This document shows positions 53,763 to 62,025 of a DNA stretch of 64,000 nt, piece by piece. The notes beneath the pieces are model-generated. The model was not told the origin of the DNA. It did not search any database and saw only the letters and a program-made list of their open reading frames with translations. Both the position numbers and the translations under genes were made by a program. Each line of letters begins with the position of its first letter. Within the stretch, counting starts at the first letter, position 1. This DNA comes from a virus. Its lineage: Duplodnaviria; Caudoviricetes. Location: positions 7,231 to 71,230 of IMG/VR virus record IMGVR_UViG_2870517152_000001; one strand, given 5' to 3'.

Positions 53763-54301
53763 AGGGCCACCGCCATCTCCGGCCAGGCGACGCGGTCGAG
53801 GGCGGTCCGGTTCTTGGCCGGCATGTCACACAACGGGGCGCCGAGGTGGTGGAGGCCGAGGGCCATGAGGACCACGGCGTCGGCGGCGTTGTCGTCGCCT
53901 CGGGTCTGCCAGCTCGGCCACCGTCGGGCGACCGCGTCGACGACTTCGGTCTTGCGGGCATTGTGCTTGCCGGTGGCGTAGATGCTGCGCAGGTTGGGCA
54001 GCACCTCGACCACTGGGATCTCCCAGCCGTGGAGGCGGTGGACGATGCGCCACCACAGGCCGGCCCGTTCGTGGGCGCCGCCGCCGTGTCGGCTGTAGGC
54101 GGGGGCTTCGATGACGACGAGATTGACGTCGGGGCCGATGAAGTCGGTGATGCGGTCGGCGAGGCGGGTGATGGCGGGCTCGCGCTCGTGGAGGGGCATG
54201 TTGGTGATGCCGGTCTCGCCGGTGGTGTCGCACCAGCCGCTGCTGGAGGCGATGCCTGTGCCGGTGAGCGAGACGTCGAGGCCGTAGACGCGGGGGCTCA
54301 T
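53759..54301 (-). CDS. ruvC: RuvC-like Holliday junction resolvase
   Basis: GLDVSLTGTG, VVIEAP, K..V, DNAADA catalytic pattern. Confidence 0.85.
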   Translation of the reverse strand: MSPRVYGLDVSLTGTGIASSSGWCDTTGETGITNMPLHEREPAITRLADRITDFIGPDVNLVVIEAPAYSRHGGGAHERAGLWWRIVHRLHGWEIPVVEVLPNLRSIYATGKHNARKTEVVDAVARRWPSWQTRGDDNAADAVVLMALGLHHLGAPLCDMPAKNRTALDRVAWPEMAVAL

Positions 54302-54606
54302 GATTCGCGCCCCTGCCATCCGATGTGGACCGTGGCCCACGCGCCGAACAGGACGATCCCGGCCGTGGACAGGGCGCGGCGGCGGCGGAGCTGCGCGGAG
54401 AGGGTGCCCCGGCCCGGGGCGCGCACCAGGGCGGCGGCCTCGAGCGCGGTGAAGGTGGTGATGACGGCGGCGGCCCAGTAGGTCCAGGCGCGGGTGTAGG
54501 GGTCGAGCCCGGCCGGCGCGGGGAGGAGTGCGCCGGCCGGGAGCGGGGTGGCCGGGGCCCCACCCCCGATGGCGGGGGCCCCGGACGTCGTGAGGTGCTG
54601 GGTCAT
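54298..54606 (-). CDS. Small membrane protein
   Basis: Two TM segments; ATGA coupling. Confidence 0.55.
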   Translation of the reverse strand: MTQHLTTSGAPAIGGGAPATPLPAGALLPAPAGLDPYTRAWTYWAAAVITTFTALEAAALVRAPGRGTLSAQLRRRRALSTAGIVLFGAWATVHIGWQGRES

Positions 54607-54607
54607 G

Positions 54608-54841
54608 TCACGCCTCCAGCAGGCGGATCGCGGGTGTGTGGGTGGGCTCGCCGTGCTGCGTGGCGAGGAGGATGCCGGTGGCGATGAGCGCGATGCCGAT
54701 GCCGGCGAGGAGGGCGAGAAGCCAGGGGGCGTGTCGGCGTGCGGCGGCCAGGATGTGCGGGAGGCAGTCGCACGGGTCGAGGTCGTCGACCTCGGCGTGG
54801 AGGGCGGCGCGCAGCGTCTGCTCGTGGGTGAGGTCGTGCAT
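54608..54841 (-). CDS. Small membrane protein (77 aa)
   Basis: One TM segment; TGATG coupling. Confidence 0.55.
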   Translation of the reverse strand: MHDLTHEQTLRAALHAEVDDLDPCDCLPHILAAARRHAPWLLALLAGIGIALIATGILLATQHGEPTHTPAIRLLEA

Positions 54842-55080
54842 CACGCCCCCTTGCGGATGGTGCTGAGCTCGGGGTGGTCGGCGAGGAGCCGCAGGAACAG
54901 GGCCTCGGGGTCGTGGATGGCGAGCCGCCCGGCCATCTGGATGCGGTCGTGCCGGCGGCGCGCGGCGGCGTCCCGCTGCTGCCGCTGCCGGGCGCGCCGG
55001 TTCGGGTTGTGGAAGTGGCCGATCGCGGCGGCGCCGGCCGCGGCGACGACGGCGAGGATGCACAGCGTGTGCGGAGTCAC
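54841..55080 (-). CDS. Small membrane protein (79 aa)
   Basis: N-terminal TM; GTGA coupling. Confidence 0.55.
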   Translation of the reverse strand: MTPHTLCILAVVAAAGAAAIGHFHNPNRRARQRQQRDAAARRRHDRIQMAGRLAIHDPEALFLRLLADHPELSTIRKGA

Positions 55081-55262
55081 CGCGCACCCCCCGCCCGCGA
55101 CTCGCGGAAGATGGCCAGCCAGGTGCCGGCCGTGGCCGCGGCGAAGCCGGCCGTGAGAACGGCGTCGGCGGCGGTGTTGCCGGGGTCGGCGATCAGCATG
55201 TAGAGCGCGCCGACGAGCGCGCCCGGGGCGGCGGCTGCGGCGATGGCGAGGATGAGCTTCAT
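55077..55262 (-). CDS. Small membrane protein (61 aa)
   Basis: Two TM segments. Confidence 0.55.
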   Translation of the reverse strand: MKLILAIAAAAAPGALVGALYMLIADPGNTAADAVLTAGFAAATAGTWLAIFRESRAGGAR

Positions 55263-55378
55263 CGGTGTGGCCTTCGGTGAGGTCGATGAATGGGCCTGTA
55301 CGGCCTGAGGTGGGCCGCTCGGGAGAGGGCGGCCAGGGTGCGGCGGGCGAGACGCGCCCGCCGCATGGATGGCGTGGG

Positions 55379-55828
55379 TCAGGAGGCGGCCATCTGCCGC
55401 TCAGGCACCAGCTCGCCGCGGCAGCGGACGCACTCGCGGCGCACGTCCGGCAGCGGCTGGCCGGCCTGGGCGGCGGCGAGCTCGCCGGGGGTGGCGTCGC
55501 CGATGTAGTCGCCGCAGCCGTTGCACGCCCGCTGGATGGTGACTCGGGTGCCGTCCTCGCCCTGGAGCGGCGCGGTGACCGGCCGGACGGGCGGCTCAGC
55601 GGGTTCCGGCTCGAAGGCGAGCAGGTCGATGCCGAGCACGCTCTCCAGCACGTTGGCCGCGGCGAGAGCTGCGTTGGCGAGCTGCCGGGCCCAGGCCGGG
55701 TCGGTGACGATGATGGATTCGCCGCCGCCGAAGTCGATCGGCACCCGCAGGTCCCGGCCGGCGCCGGTGATGTCGCCGGCCTTCGGCTGGCCGAGCGTCG
55801 CCGTGGTGGTCGTCTGCCGGGCGCTCAT
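55379..55828 (-). CDS. Hypothetical protein with Zn-finger-like motifs
   Basis: CNGC and CVRC motifs; ATGA coupling. Confidence 0.6.
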   Translation of the reverse strand: MSARQTTTTATLGQPKAGDITGAGRDLRVPIDFGGGESIIVTDPAWARQLANAALAAANVLESVLGIDLLAFEPEPAEPPVRPVTAPLQGEDGTRVTIQRACNGCGDYIGDATPGELAAAQAGQPLPDVRRECVRCRGELVPERQMAAS

Positions 55829-56757
55829 GCTTCGACCGCCTGCTCGTCGTCGACCACTTCGGCGTCGACCGTGTCGTCGGAGTCCCGAGCGGCCTCGCGC
55901 TCCAGCGCGTCGATGACACGCGACGCCTCGTCGAGAGTGAGCTCGTTGCGCGAGGTCACCTGCTGCTCAGCAGGCCGCTGGAGCACCTCGTTGACGAACG
56001 CGAGAGCCGCGTCTCGATCGGTCAGCCCGGCCTCTCGCATGGCGGTGCCCATCTTCTTGAGCTGGGCGGAAGTGACCATGCGCTCCCCGGTGTCCGTCGA
56101 AGACTCAGCCGTGTCCGGCGCCGCACTGTCCGTGGGCGGCTGCTCGGCGGGGGCGACCGCGGCCCGGATCGTCTGGCCCGGCCGGTTCTCACGTGCCACC
56201 GCGGTCGTGACGACCACGGACCCGTCGGCGTTCACCTCCGCGCCGAGCTCCTCCGGCGTGTAGCCGACGCCGGACAGCTCCTCCTCGCACGCCTCCCGGG
56301 CGACCTCGCTGATGGCGCGCGCCTTGAGCATCGCCTCGGGGTAGTTCTGCCAGACGTTCTTGCCCGCCAGGCCGGCCGCCTGGGCGCGCGCCATGGTCCA
56401 GGTGGAGCGGAACTCGAAGTCCGGGTCGTCCTTGCGGACGATGGTGGCCACGGCCGCGATGAGCTTGCCGTTCTCGTCGCGCTCGACCCAGACGCGCAGC
56501 CGGTGCCCGGCCCGCCGCACCAGCGCGCTGATGAGGCCGGACGACGCGGACGGGCGGCCTTCGATGATGTGGACGCCGTTGATGGCGGCGATCGGCTCGA
56601 TGCCGAGGCTGCGCCCGAACTCGATCGCGTACAGGACGTTCTCCGGCTTGCCCTGGTACTGCTTGGGCAGCAGGTTCGACACGGCGAGCGCCCGGCTGTA
56701 CTCCATCCGCTCGGGCAGCGAGTCGGCGCGCTCTACAGGCAGGGTGGCGAGGGTCAT
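55825..56757 (-). CDS. recT: RecT-like single-strand annealing protein
   Basis: LLPKQYQGKPEN...G..LGIEP...IEGRP...W..YPEAML.ARA motifs. Confidence 0.8.
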   Translation of the reverse strand: MTLATLPVERADSLPERMEYSRALAVSNLLPKQYQGKPENVLYAIEFGRSLGIEPIAAINGVHIIEGRPSASSGLISALVRRAGHRLRVWVERDENGKLIAAVATIVRKDDPDFEFRSTWTMARAQAAGLAGKNVWQNYPEAMLKARAISEVAREACEEELSGVGYTPEELGAEVNADGSVVVTTAVARENRPGQTIRAAVAPAEQPPTDSAAPDTAESSTDTGERMVTSAQLKKMGTAMREAGLTDRDAALAFVNEVLQRPAEQQVTSRNELTLDEASRVIDALEREAARDSDDTVDAEVVDDEQAVEA

Positions 56758-57710
56758 GCAACGGCTCCTGTCAGTGTGGTCGGGTCGGGGAGTTTGCGGC
56801 CGGCCACCAGGTAGGGGGTGCCGCCGTTCTTGGCCTGGCGGGTGGCGATCGTCTGGCCCCGCCAGCGGGCCCTGCGCGCGGTGCCCATGGCGGCGGCAAG
56901 GCGGCTCTTGGCGGCGGTGACGCGCGCCTCGGCGGTCTTCGTCTCGGCGAGTGCGGTCAGGTACTCGATCGCGGTGTCGTCGTCGAGGTCGATGTGGGTG
57001 TCGTCGATGTCGGGGTGGAGTTTGCGGAGGGTCTCGTAGGTGGCGGGGTGGCCGTCGAGGTCGGGCATCTCCCGCCAGAGCAGCGAGTCGAGGAAGTCGT
57101 CGGCCGCCTGCCGCAGTAGGGCGGCGTCCGCGGGGTCGTAGTCGACGACGTATTCGGCGAAGGTGAGCCGGTCGGACAGGACGGCGATGTGTGCCCGCTG
57201 CAGGCCGAGCACGTCCATGTACCACTGCACCTGGGTGCGGTAGTAGAGCGGGATCTCGTCGGTGCCGGGCTCGCCCCACCCGGTGCCGTCGGCGTCGGTT
57301 TTGATCTCCAGGAGGGCGGAGACGGCGATGTCGAACCAGCCGACGGCGTTGGGGATGGGGTTGTAGCGGATGAGCCGGTCAGGGTTGGCGAGGTGCTGGC
57401 CGCGGTCCTGGTGCACCCACGTGCCGGTGGTGAACACGTGCCAGTCGGGGTGCTGGTCGGCGAACCAGGCGGCGATCGCGGGTTCGAGGTAGTGGCCGCG
57501 GTCCTGCTGTGGGGTGGCCGGCGCGGCGTCGACGAGGCCAGCCATCTCGCACCACGTGGAGTGGGGGCTGGCCCACGGGGACAGGCCGAGGATGGCGGCG
57601 ATGCGGGATCCGCCGATGCGCTGCGCCCGGGCGGCATGCCATTCGGGGGTGTCGTGCTCCCATCGGCCGAGGTAGCGGCCAGTGGGCGTGTACAGGCGGT
57701 TGTCGCTCAT
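56754..57710 (-). CDS. YqaJ/lambda-exonuclease-like recombinase (RecE-like)
   Basis: EWH..R..RIGGS.IAAILGLSPW, GH.LE, ANPDR, LEIKT, YY..QVQWYM. Confidence 0.92.
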   Translation of the reverse strand: MSDNRLYTPTGRYLGRWEHDTPEWHAARAQRIGGSRIAAILGLSPWASPHSTWCEMAGLVDAAPATPQQDRGHYLEPAIAAWFADQHPDWHVFTTGTWVHQDRGQHLANPDRLIRYNPIPNAVGWFDIAVSALLEIKTDADGTGWGEPGTDEIPLYYRTQVQWYMDVLGLQRAHIAVLSDRLTFAEYVVDYDPADAALLRQAADDFLDSLLWREMPDLDGHPATYETLRKLHPDIDDTHIDLDDDTAIEYLTALAETKTAEARVTAAKSRLAAAMGTARRARWRGQTIATRQAKNGGTPYLVAGRKLPDPTTLTGAVA

Positions 57711-58219
57711 CGGCCGCCGTCCTTGTGGCGGTGGACCAGCGTGAGCTCGGAGGTGGACACCAAGAGTTCCTCGGGCGTCTTGACGTCGGTGTTCTCCGAC
57801 CCGCGTTCCATCGGCACCATCACCAGGTGGGAGCACTTGGCCTCGTGGATGACCTGGGCGAACCACAGCGGGGAGAAGAACCCGGACGGGAGGCCGTCGT
57901 CCCACACGTCGCCCGGCTGCGGCGGCCAGTGACGCGGTGGGATGCCGAGCTTCTTGCGCACGGTGGCGGCGACGTACGGCTGGATGTAGCCCTCCGCCTC
58001 CATGCCGTCGAGGGCGGCGAGCGCGGCGGCGACGCGCTCCTGGAGGTCGGCGTCGGTCGGCTCCTGGCCGCTGGCGTGGGTGATGGCGGCCTGGGGCGGC
58101 ATGGCGTAGACGTCGCCGTGCTCGTCGGCGATCCTCACGAAGACGGACGACGGGTGGTTGACGATGCGGACGCCCTTGATGGTGATGTTGGCCTTCTCGC
58201 CGCACTTGGGGATGTTCAC
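57707..58219 (-). CDS. Hypothetical protein (170 aa)
   Basis: Coupled overlaps. Confidence 0.55.
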   Translation of the reverse strand: MNIPKCGEKANITIKGVRIVNHPSSVFVRIADEHGDVYAMPPQAAITHASGQEPTDADLQERVAAALAALDGMEAEGYIQPYVAATVRKKLGIPPRHWPPQPGDVWDDGLPSGFFSPLWFAQVIHEAKCSHLVMVPMERGSENTDVKTPEELLVSTSELTLVHRHKDGGR

Positions 58220-58413
58220 TGGTCGTCCTGTTCGTCGCGGTAGGCGCGCTCGTCGGCGCGGGAGAGGCGGGGCCCGCCCCGCCAGGTCGGCCGGGGCCGG
58301 GCCTGGGCGGGGAAGGCGTCGTACGGGTGCTGGTGTGGGTCGCCGAGGCTGGCGAGGTATTCGCTGATCTCGTCCTCGGACGGCAGCCCGTTGAAGGGGG
58401 TGAAGGTGCTCAT
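58216..58413 (-). CDS. Hypothetical protein (65 aa)
   Basis: ATGA coupling. Confidence 0.5.
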   Translation of the reverse strand: MSTFTPFNGLPSEDEISEYLASLGDPHQHPYDAFPAQARPRPTWRGGPRLSRADERAYRDEQDDQ

Positions 58414-58529
58414 CGGCAGCCCTTCCAGCACGAGGTGTTGGTGGCCGGGTTGATGTGGCCGTTGGGGCAGATCCGGGTGGAGGGGGTGCCGGGCGGCAGC
58501 CACGGCAGGGACGGCTTTGGCTTGGCCAT
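58410..58529 (-). CDS. Small Zn-ribbon protein (39 aa)
   Basis: CPNGH...C..C motif; TGATG coupling. Confidence 0.45.
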   Translation of the reverse strand: MAKPKPSLPWLPPGTPSTRICPNGHINPATNTSCWKGCR

Positions 58530-58852
58530 CACGCGCCCCCGCCGTCGGCCGGGAAGTGATAGCCCCACGAAGCGTGGTGGGCGCGGTTGTCGGCGACGGC
58601 CTGGGCGTACGCCTTGCGGGCGCGCTGCTTCTCGATCGCCTGGTCCAGCCGGGCGATCACCTCGGGCTGGTCGGTCTCGATGAGGAAGGCGTACGACAGC
58701 TCCCAGAAGTTGCCCAGGTAGCGGATGACGCCGTCCCCCACGTCCTGACGGGTGGTGCCGAACAGGTCGCCGTCCGGGTGCAGCAGGTGCTCGTCCCCCT
58801 CGAGGAGTTCGAGCACGCGGGAGAGATTCCCGGCGTGGACGATGGTTGGCAT
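58529..58852 (-). CDS. Hypothetical protein (107 aa)
   Basis: TGATG coupling. Confidence 0.55.
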   Translation of the reverse strand: MPTIVHAGNLSRVLELLEGDEHLLHPDGDLFGTTRQDVGDGVIRYLGNFWELSYAFLIETDQPEVIARLDQAIEKQRARKAYAQAVADNRAHHASWGYHFPADGGGA

Positions 58853-59055
58853 CAGCGACCACCCCACCGGCGGGCCTTGACAGTGACCTCGGTGTCGGGG
58901 TTCACGTCCACCTGGCGGGCGCGGCCGTGCGCGGTCACGTCCTGGTAGCGGACGCCGCTGGCGCCGAGCTTCGTGACGCGGACCGGCCGCCCGTCGGCCC
59001 AGTCGGGGTTGGTGACGACGTCGCCGTCGCGCAGGTCGCGGATCTTCGGCATCAC
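58852..59055 (-). CDS. Small SH3-like protein (67 aa)
   Basis: IRDLRDGDVV pattern. Confidence 0.5.
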   Translation of the reverse strand: MMPKIRDLRDGDVVTNPDWADGRPVRVTKLGASGVRYQDVTAHGRARQVDVNPDTEVTVKARRWGGR

Positions 59056-59453
59056 AGGTCGCCCCCGTCCAGGTAGAGGCTGGCGGTGACGTTGTGGGCC
59101 GCCGCGAGGTTTCCGCCGGGAGCGGCCATCACCCTTCGGGCGTAGTCGATCGCCCCTGTCGCGTTGGCCACCGCGTGGGCGGCCTTCGCGGGGTCGCCGC
59201 TGTCGTGGCCGACCCGGCCCGACTCGGCCAGGCGGGTGAGGCGCTCGGTGAGCTGGAGCAGGAGCTGGTCGAGCCGGGCGATGCCGTCGGCCAGGTCGCC
59301 GAGGACGGCGTGGATGGTGGCCGGGTCGGTGACGCCCTCGGGGCTACGGGTGGCGTGGTTGAGGACGTGGACCGCCTCGGTGAAGGCGTCGGCGGCGTGC
59401 CGGGTGTACTCGTCGCTGTGCGGGCCGGCCGGGTCGAGGCGGTAGGTGGTCAC
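59052..59453 (-). CDS. Hypothetical helical protein (133 aa)
   Basis: GTGA coupling. Confidence 0.55.
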   Translation of the reverse strand: MTTYRLDPAGPHSDEYTRHAADAFTEAVHVLNHATRSPEGVTDPATIHAVLGDLADGIARLDQLLLQLTERLTRLAESGRVGHDSGDPAKAAHAVANATGAIDYARRVMAAPGGNLAAAHNVTASLYLDGGDL

Positions 59454-60280
59454 AGGGTCACCGCCACGGGGGTCTCGTCGTAGTCGGCGTTCTCGCGGGC
59501 GTGGCGGGCCCGGGCGAGGGCCTCGTCGCGGGCCTGGCTGGCGGCCTTGACGCGGTCGTCGTAGGGGTCGTGCTTGGCCAGGTCGATCGCCTGGTCCGGA
59601 GTGACGTAGCACAGGCGGGCGATCTGGGCGGCGAGGAGCATGGTGCGCTGGTGGCCGCCGCCGGCGTCGCAGCTGTGCTCGTCCACGTACGCGGCGAGCG
59701 TGGCGGTGATGCGCTCCGACGCGTCGTCGGTACGGGCCTGGTCGACGAGCTCCGCGACGTGCTGGTGGGCGGCGTGCTGGGTCTCGTCGGGGATCGGCGA
59801 CGGGGCGCCGTGCGCCATCTCGGCGGCCAGCGTCTGCATCGCCCAGCGCAGCGCGGCGCCGACGGCGTCGTCGTGGTGGCGGGCGGCGCGTGCGGCGATG
59901 ATGCGCAGCGCCCGCTCCACCGGGTTGCCCTGCGACGGCGCGCCGAGCCCGGCCGCGTCGAGGTTGCCGCGCGCGGCCTGGCGGGTTGACCGCCACTCCC
60001 GCCGGTCCTGGTCCGAGACGGCCGGCAGATGCTGCTGGATCAGCCGGGTGGCGAGGCTCGGCAGCCCGTGCGCCTCACCGGTGACGAACTTCGAGAGCGT
60101 GTTGCGGAGGTACGGGGGCAGCTCCACCAGGTAGGTGAGCATGGTCAGCGCCTGCCGATCGCGGGCGGTCAGGTAGGTGATCCACTTGCCGCCGAGCCGC
60201 TGGATGGCGTCGGTGGCGTCGAGGATGTCGGCGGGCGCCAGCTCGATGGTGGCGGGCTGGTCTGCGATAATGGCGGTCAA
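59450..60280 (-). CDS. Hypothetical protein (276 aa)
   Basis: AAGGA RBS then TTG 60280. Confidence 0.55.
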   Translation of the reverse strand: MTAIIADQPATIELAPADILDATDAIQRLGGKWITYLTARDRQALTMLTYLVELPPYLRNTLSKFVTGEAHGLPSLATRLIQQHLPAVSDQDRREWRSTRQAARGNLDAAGLGAPSQGNPVERALRIIAARAARHHDDAVGAALRWAMQTLAAEMAHGAPSPIPDETQHAAHQHVAELVDQARTDDASERITATLAAYVDEHSCDAGGGHQRTMLLAAQIARLCYVTPDQAIDLAKHDPYDDRVKAASQARDEALARARHARENADYDETPVAVTL

Positions 60281-60354
60281 CGATCTGTCCTTCGCTCGAG
60301 TAGGGATGTGATCGGCGGGGCTCGGCCGGTGACAGCGGTCGGGCCTCGCGGCTT

Positions 60355-60603
60355 TTACGGGGTGGGGTTGTGCACTCGGGGCAGGTTGGCGACGTACGCC
60401 AGGAGCGCGGCGGCCGGGACGCGCAGGAGGGTGCGGGTGCTGCCCTCTCCGGCCACGTCCACGGCCTCGAGGAGTCCGTCGCGAATGCGGTCGTAGACTG
60501 CGTCCCTGCTGTCGAGGCCGAGCTGTTCGCATACCTGGGGGATGGTCAGCAGCAAGGGGAGCTGGAACTGCGTGTCGGCGGTCTTGGTCTTGGCGCGCTT
60601 CAC
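60355..60603 (-). CDS. xis: Excisionase-like HTH protein
   Basis: LLTIPQVCEQLGL..SRDAVYDRIRDGLL HTH_17 pattern. Confidence 0.75.
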   Translation of the reverse strand: MKRAKTKTADTQFQLPLLLTIPQVCEQLGLDSRDAVYDRIRDGLLEAVDVAGEGSTRTLLRVPAAALLAYVANLPRVHNPTP

Positions 60604-60848
60604 GACGCGACCTGCTCGTCCACGTCGAAGAGGGCTGCGATCTGCTCGCGTACGGTGTCGTCGCCGAGCAGCCGGAGGATCCCGATCACGTAAGGGCCCG
60701 ACAGGTCCTTGGTCTTGCCGGTGATGACGCGGTTGTGGATGGAGACGTGGACTCCGATGGCGCGGGCCTGGGCGCTCTGCGAGTCGAGGCCGAGCGCGGC
60801 GGCCTGGTCTGCGAATTCGTCGCGGCGCAGCTTGACGTTGTGCGCCAT
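60600..60848 (-). CDS. Cro-like HTH protein
   Basis: GGAGG RBS; QSAQARAIGVHVSIHNRV HTH; divergent from the repressor. Confidence 0.75.
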   Translation of the reverse strand: MAHNVKLRRDEFADQAAALGLDSQSAQARAIGVHVSIHNRVITGKTKDLSGPYVIGILRLLGDDTVREQIAALFDVDEQVAS

Positions 60849-60908
60849 GGCACCTCCTAGTTGAAGCTCGAACTTTGCTTTGGAGAGAAGCTGTGCCTGG
60901 AATCTAGT

Positions 60909-60926
60909 CTTCTCTGTTCAGAGAAG
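60909..60926. promoter_or_regulatory. Candidate repressor operator
   Basis: CTTCTCTG-TT-CAGAGAAG perfect inverted repeat in the AT-rich cro/repressor intergenic region. Confidence 0.5.
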
Positions 60927-61063
60927 CAATAGGGAAGTCAAGATTCTTTGCGCTACAAATCAGGGCTTTCACATGGGTAAACCTGGACAGTCAGGCTTCG
61001 GTGCCCTCAGCGGCCATGTTGTACGAAGTGATCAGCGCGCTATCATCATTGCTCGTGGGCAAA

Positions 61064-61528
61064 ATGGCAGGTCAGCTAGGCGCTTGGCTGCGCCAGGAGC
61101 TGACGCGACGCGGCTACGACCTCGCCAAGGGCGGGCAGTCGCAATTTGCGCGCGAAGCGGACGTGCACGTCTCGATCATCAACCGGGTCGTCAACAAGGG
61201 CCAAGGTGTCGAGATCGACGTCCTACGACGGATCGGCCGGGCGCTCGGCTTCAACGTCGGCGAGATGCTGGTGCTCGCTGGGCAGGTCGAGCGTGACGAG
61301 TTGCCGGTCCGCCCTCCGGAGGAACTGGAAGAGGCGTCTCATCCCGAGCCTGCGCCGGACACCAACCCGTACAGCGACCCGTACGAGCGTCAGGTGTGGG
61401 AGATGGAAGAGTTGTCGGAGTTCGTCCGCCGCTCGATGATCGTGGCCATGCAGAGCGCGATCCGGATGGAGGAGGAAGAGGACAAGCGGCCGAACGCCGA
61501 CGTCCGACAGTTCCGCCGGCCCTCCTGA
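61064..61528 (+). CDS. Immunity repressor (XRE HTH)
   Basis: QSQFAREADVHVSIINRVVN...LRRIGRALG HTH; divergent from cro. Confidence 0.85.
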   Translation: MAGQLGAWLRQELTRRGYDLAKGGQSQFAREADVHVSIINRVVNKGQGVEIDVLRRIGRALGFNVGEMLVLAGQVERDELPVRPPEELEEASHPEPAPDTNPYSDPYERQVWEMEELSEFVRRSMIVAMQSAIRMEEEEDKRPNADVRQFRRPS

Positions 61529-61597
61529 TGGCGGTGGGGGTCCTGGCCGCCCGCCGAGACGTTGCTCTCTGTAATCTGCATCCTCGAGACCGTCTGC

Positions 61598-61660
61598 GTG
61601 CGTCAGCCGTGCGTCAAGAGGTGTCGACACCAGCCGACACCAGCCGACACGGGGCGACAG
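61598..61660 (+). repeat. Candidate integrase arm-type / Xis sites
   Basis: GTGCGTCA at 61598 and 61609; CGACAC three times at 10-bp period (61625-61650), then CGACAG. Confidence 0.55.
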
Positions 61661-61709
61661 TTTTCGCAGGTAGAGACGCATCTGCAGAGTTCTCACCTGG
61701 GGTTACTGT

Positions 61710-61758
61710 CTTCGTTCACACCGAAGAGGTCACTGGTTCGATCCCAGTATCGCCCACC
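61710..61758 (+). other. att core: 3' half of tRNA-Val(CAC)
   Basis: CTTCG-TTCACAC-CGAAG anticodon arm, GGTTCGATCCC T-arm, ATCGCCCACC acceptor strand; no D-arm or 5' acceptor strand upstream. Confidence 0.88.
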
Positions 61759-61764
61759 GCAGAC

Positions 61765-61796
61765 GAAGGGGCTCCGGAGATGTCCGGGGCCCCTTC
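61765..61796 (+). terminator. Terminator of the original tRNA locus
   Basis: GAAGGGGCTCCGGA / TCCGGGGCCCCTTC stem then TCTC. Confidence 0.75.
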
Positions 61797-62025
61797 TCTC
61801 ATGTCGGCCCCCGGGTTCCGAGCCCGCCGGCCTCCTCCAGGACGACGGCCAGGGCGACGGCTGGAGCCCCGGAAGACCGTCATCGCGCCGCGGCATCCGG
61901 TGGCACAGAATGGAGCGAGCCGTCCCATCCCGCACCCCTGGCATGGGCCGCGGCCGAACCCACACCCCGCAGATGGGACCATCGTTCCGGGTTCCTCCCT
62001 AGATGCGTGATAACTCCCGTACAGG

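Larger units (their letters stand above)
1..61758. mobile_element. Integrated element(s) ending at an att site in tRNA-Val: prophage plus conjugation operon; left boundary outside window
   Basis: Continuous mobile-type genes from base 1 to the tRNA 3'-half at 61710-61758; host P450 follows. No internal att-core copy seen by eye. Confidence 0.7.
10930..61758 (-). mobile_element. Siphovirus-type prophage (lysis, tail, head, packaging, replication, immunity modules)
   Basis: Canonical module order with tightly overlapping start/stop codons; tape measure, major tail, capsid, portal, terminase, endolysin, repressor/cro all recognisable. Confidence 0.95.

Noticed and set aside
61064-61758. Integration-dependent immunity (attP inside the repressor gene)
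   Set aside because: The repressor stops at 61528, about 180 bp before the core, so integration does not change its C-terminus.
61681-61760. Complete tRNA-Val gene
   Set aside because: Only the anticodon arm onward is present; upstream bases cannot form a D-arm or the 5' acceptor strand, so this is an att core.
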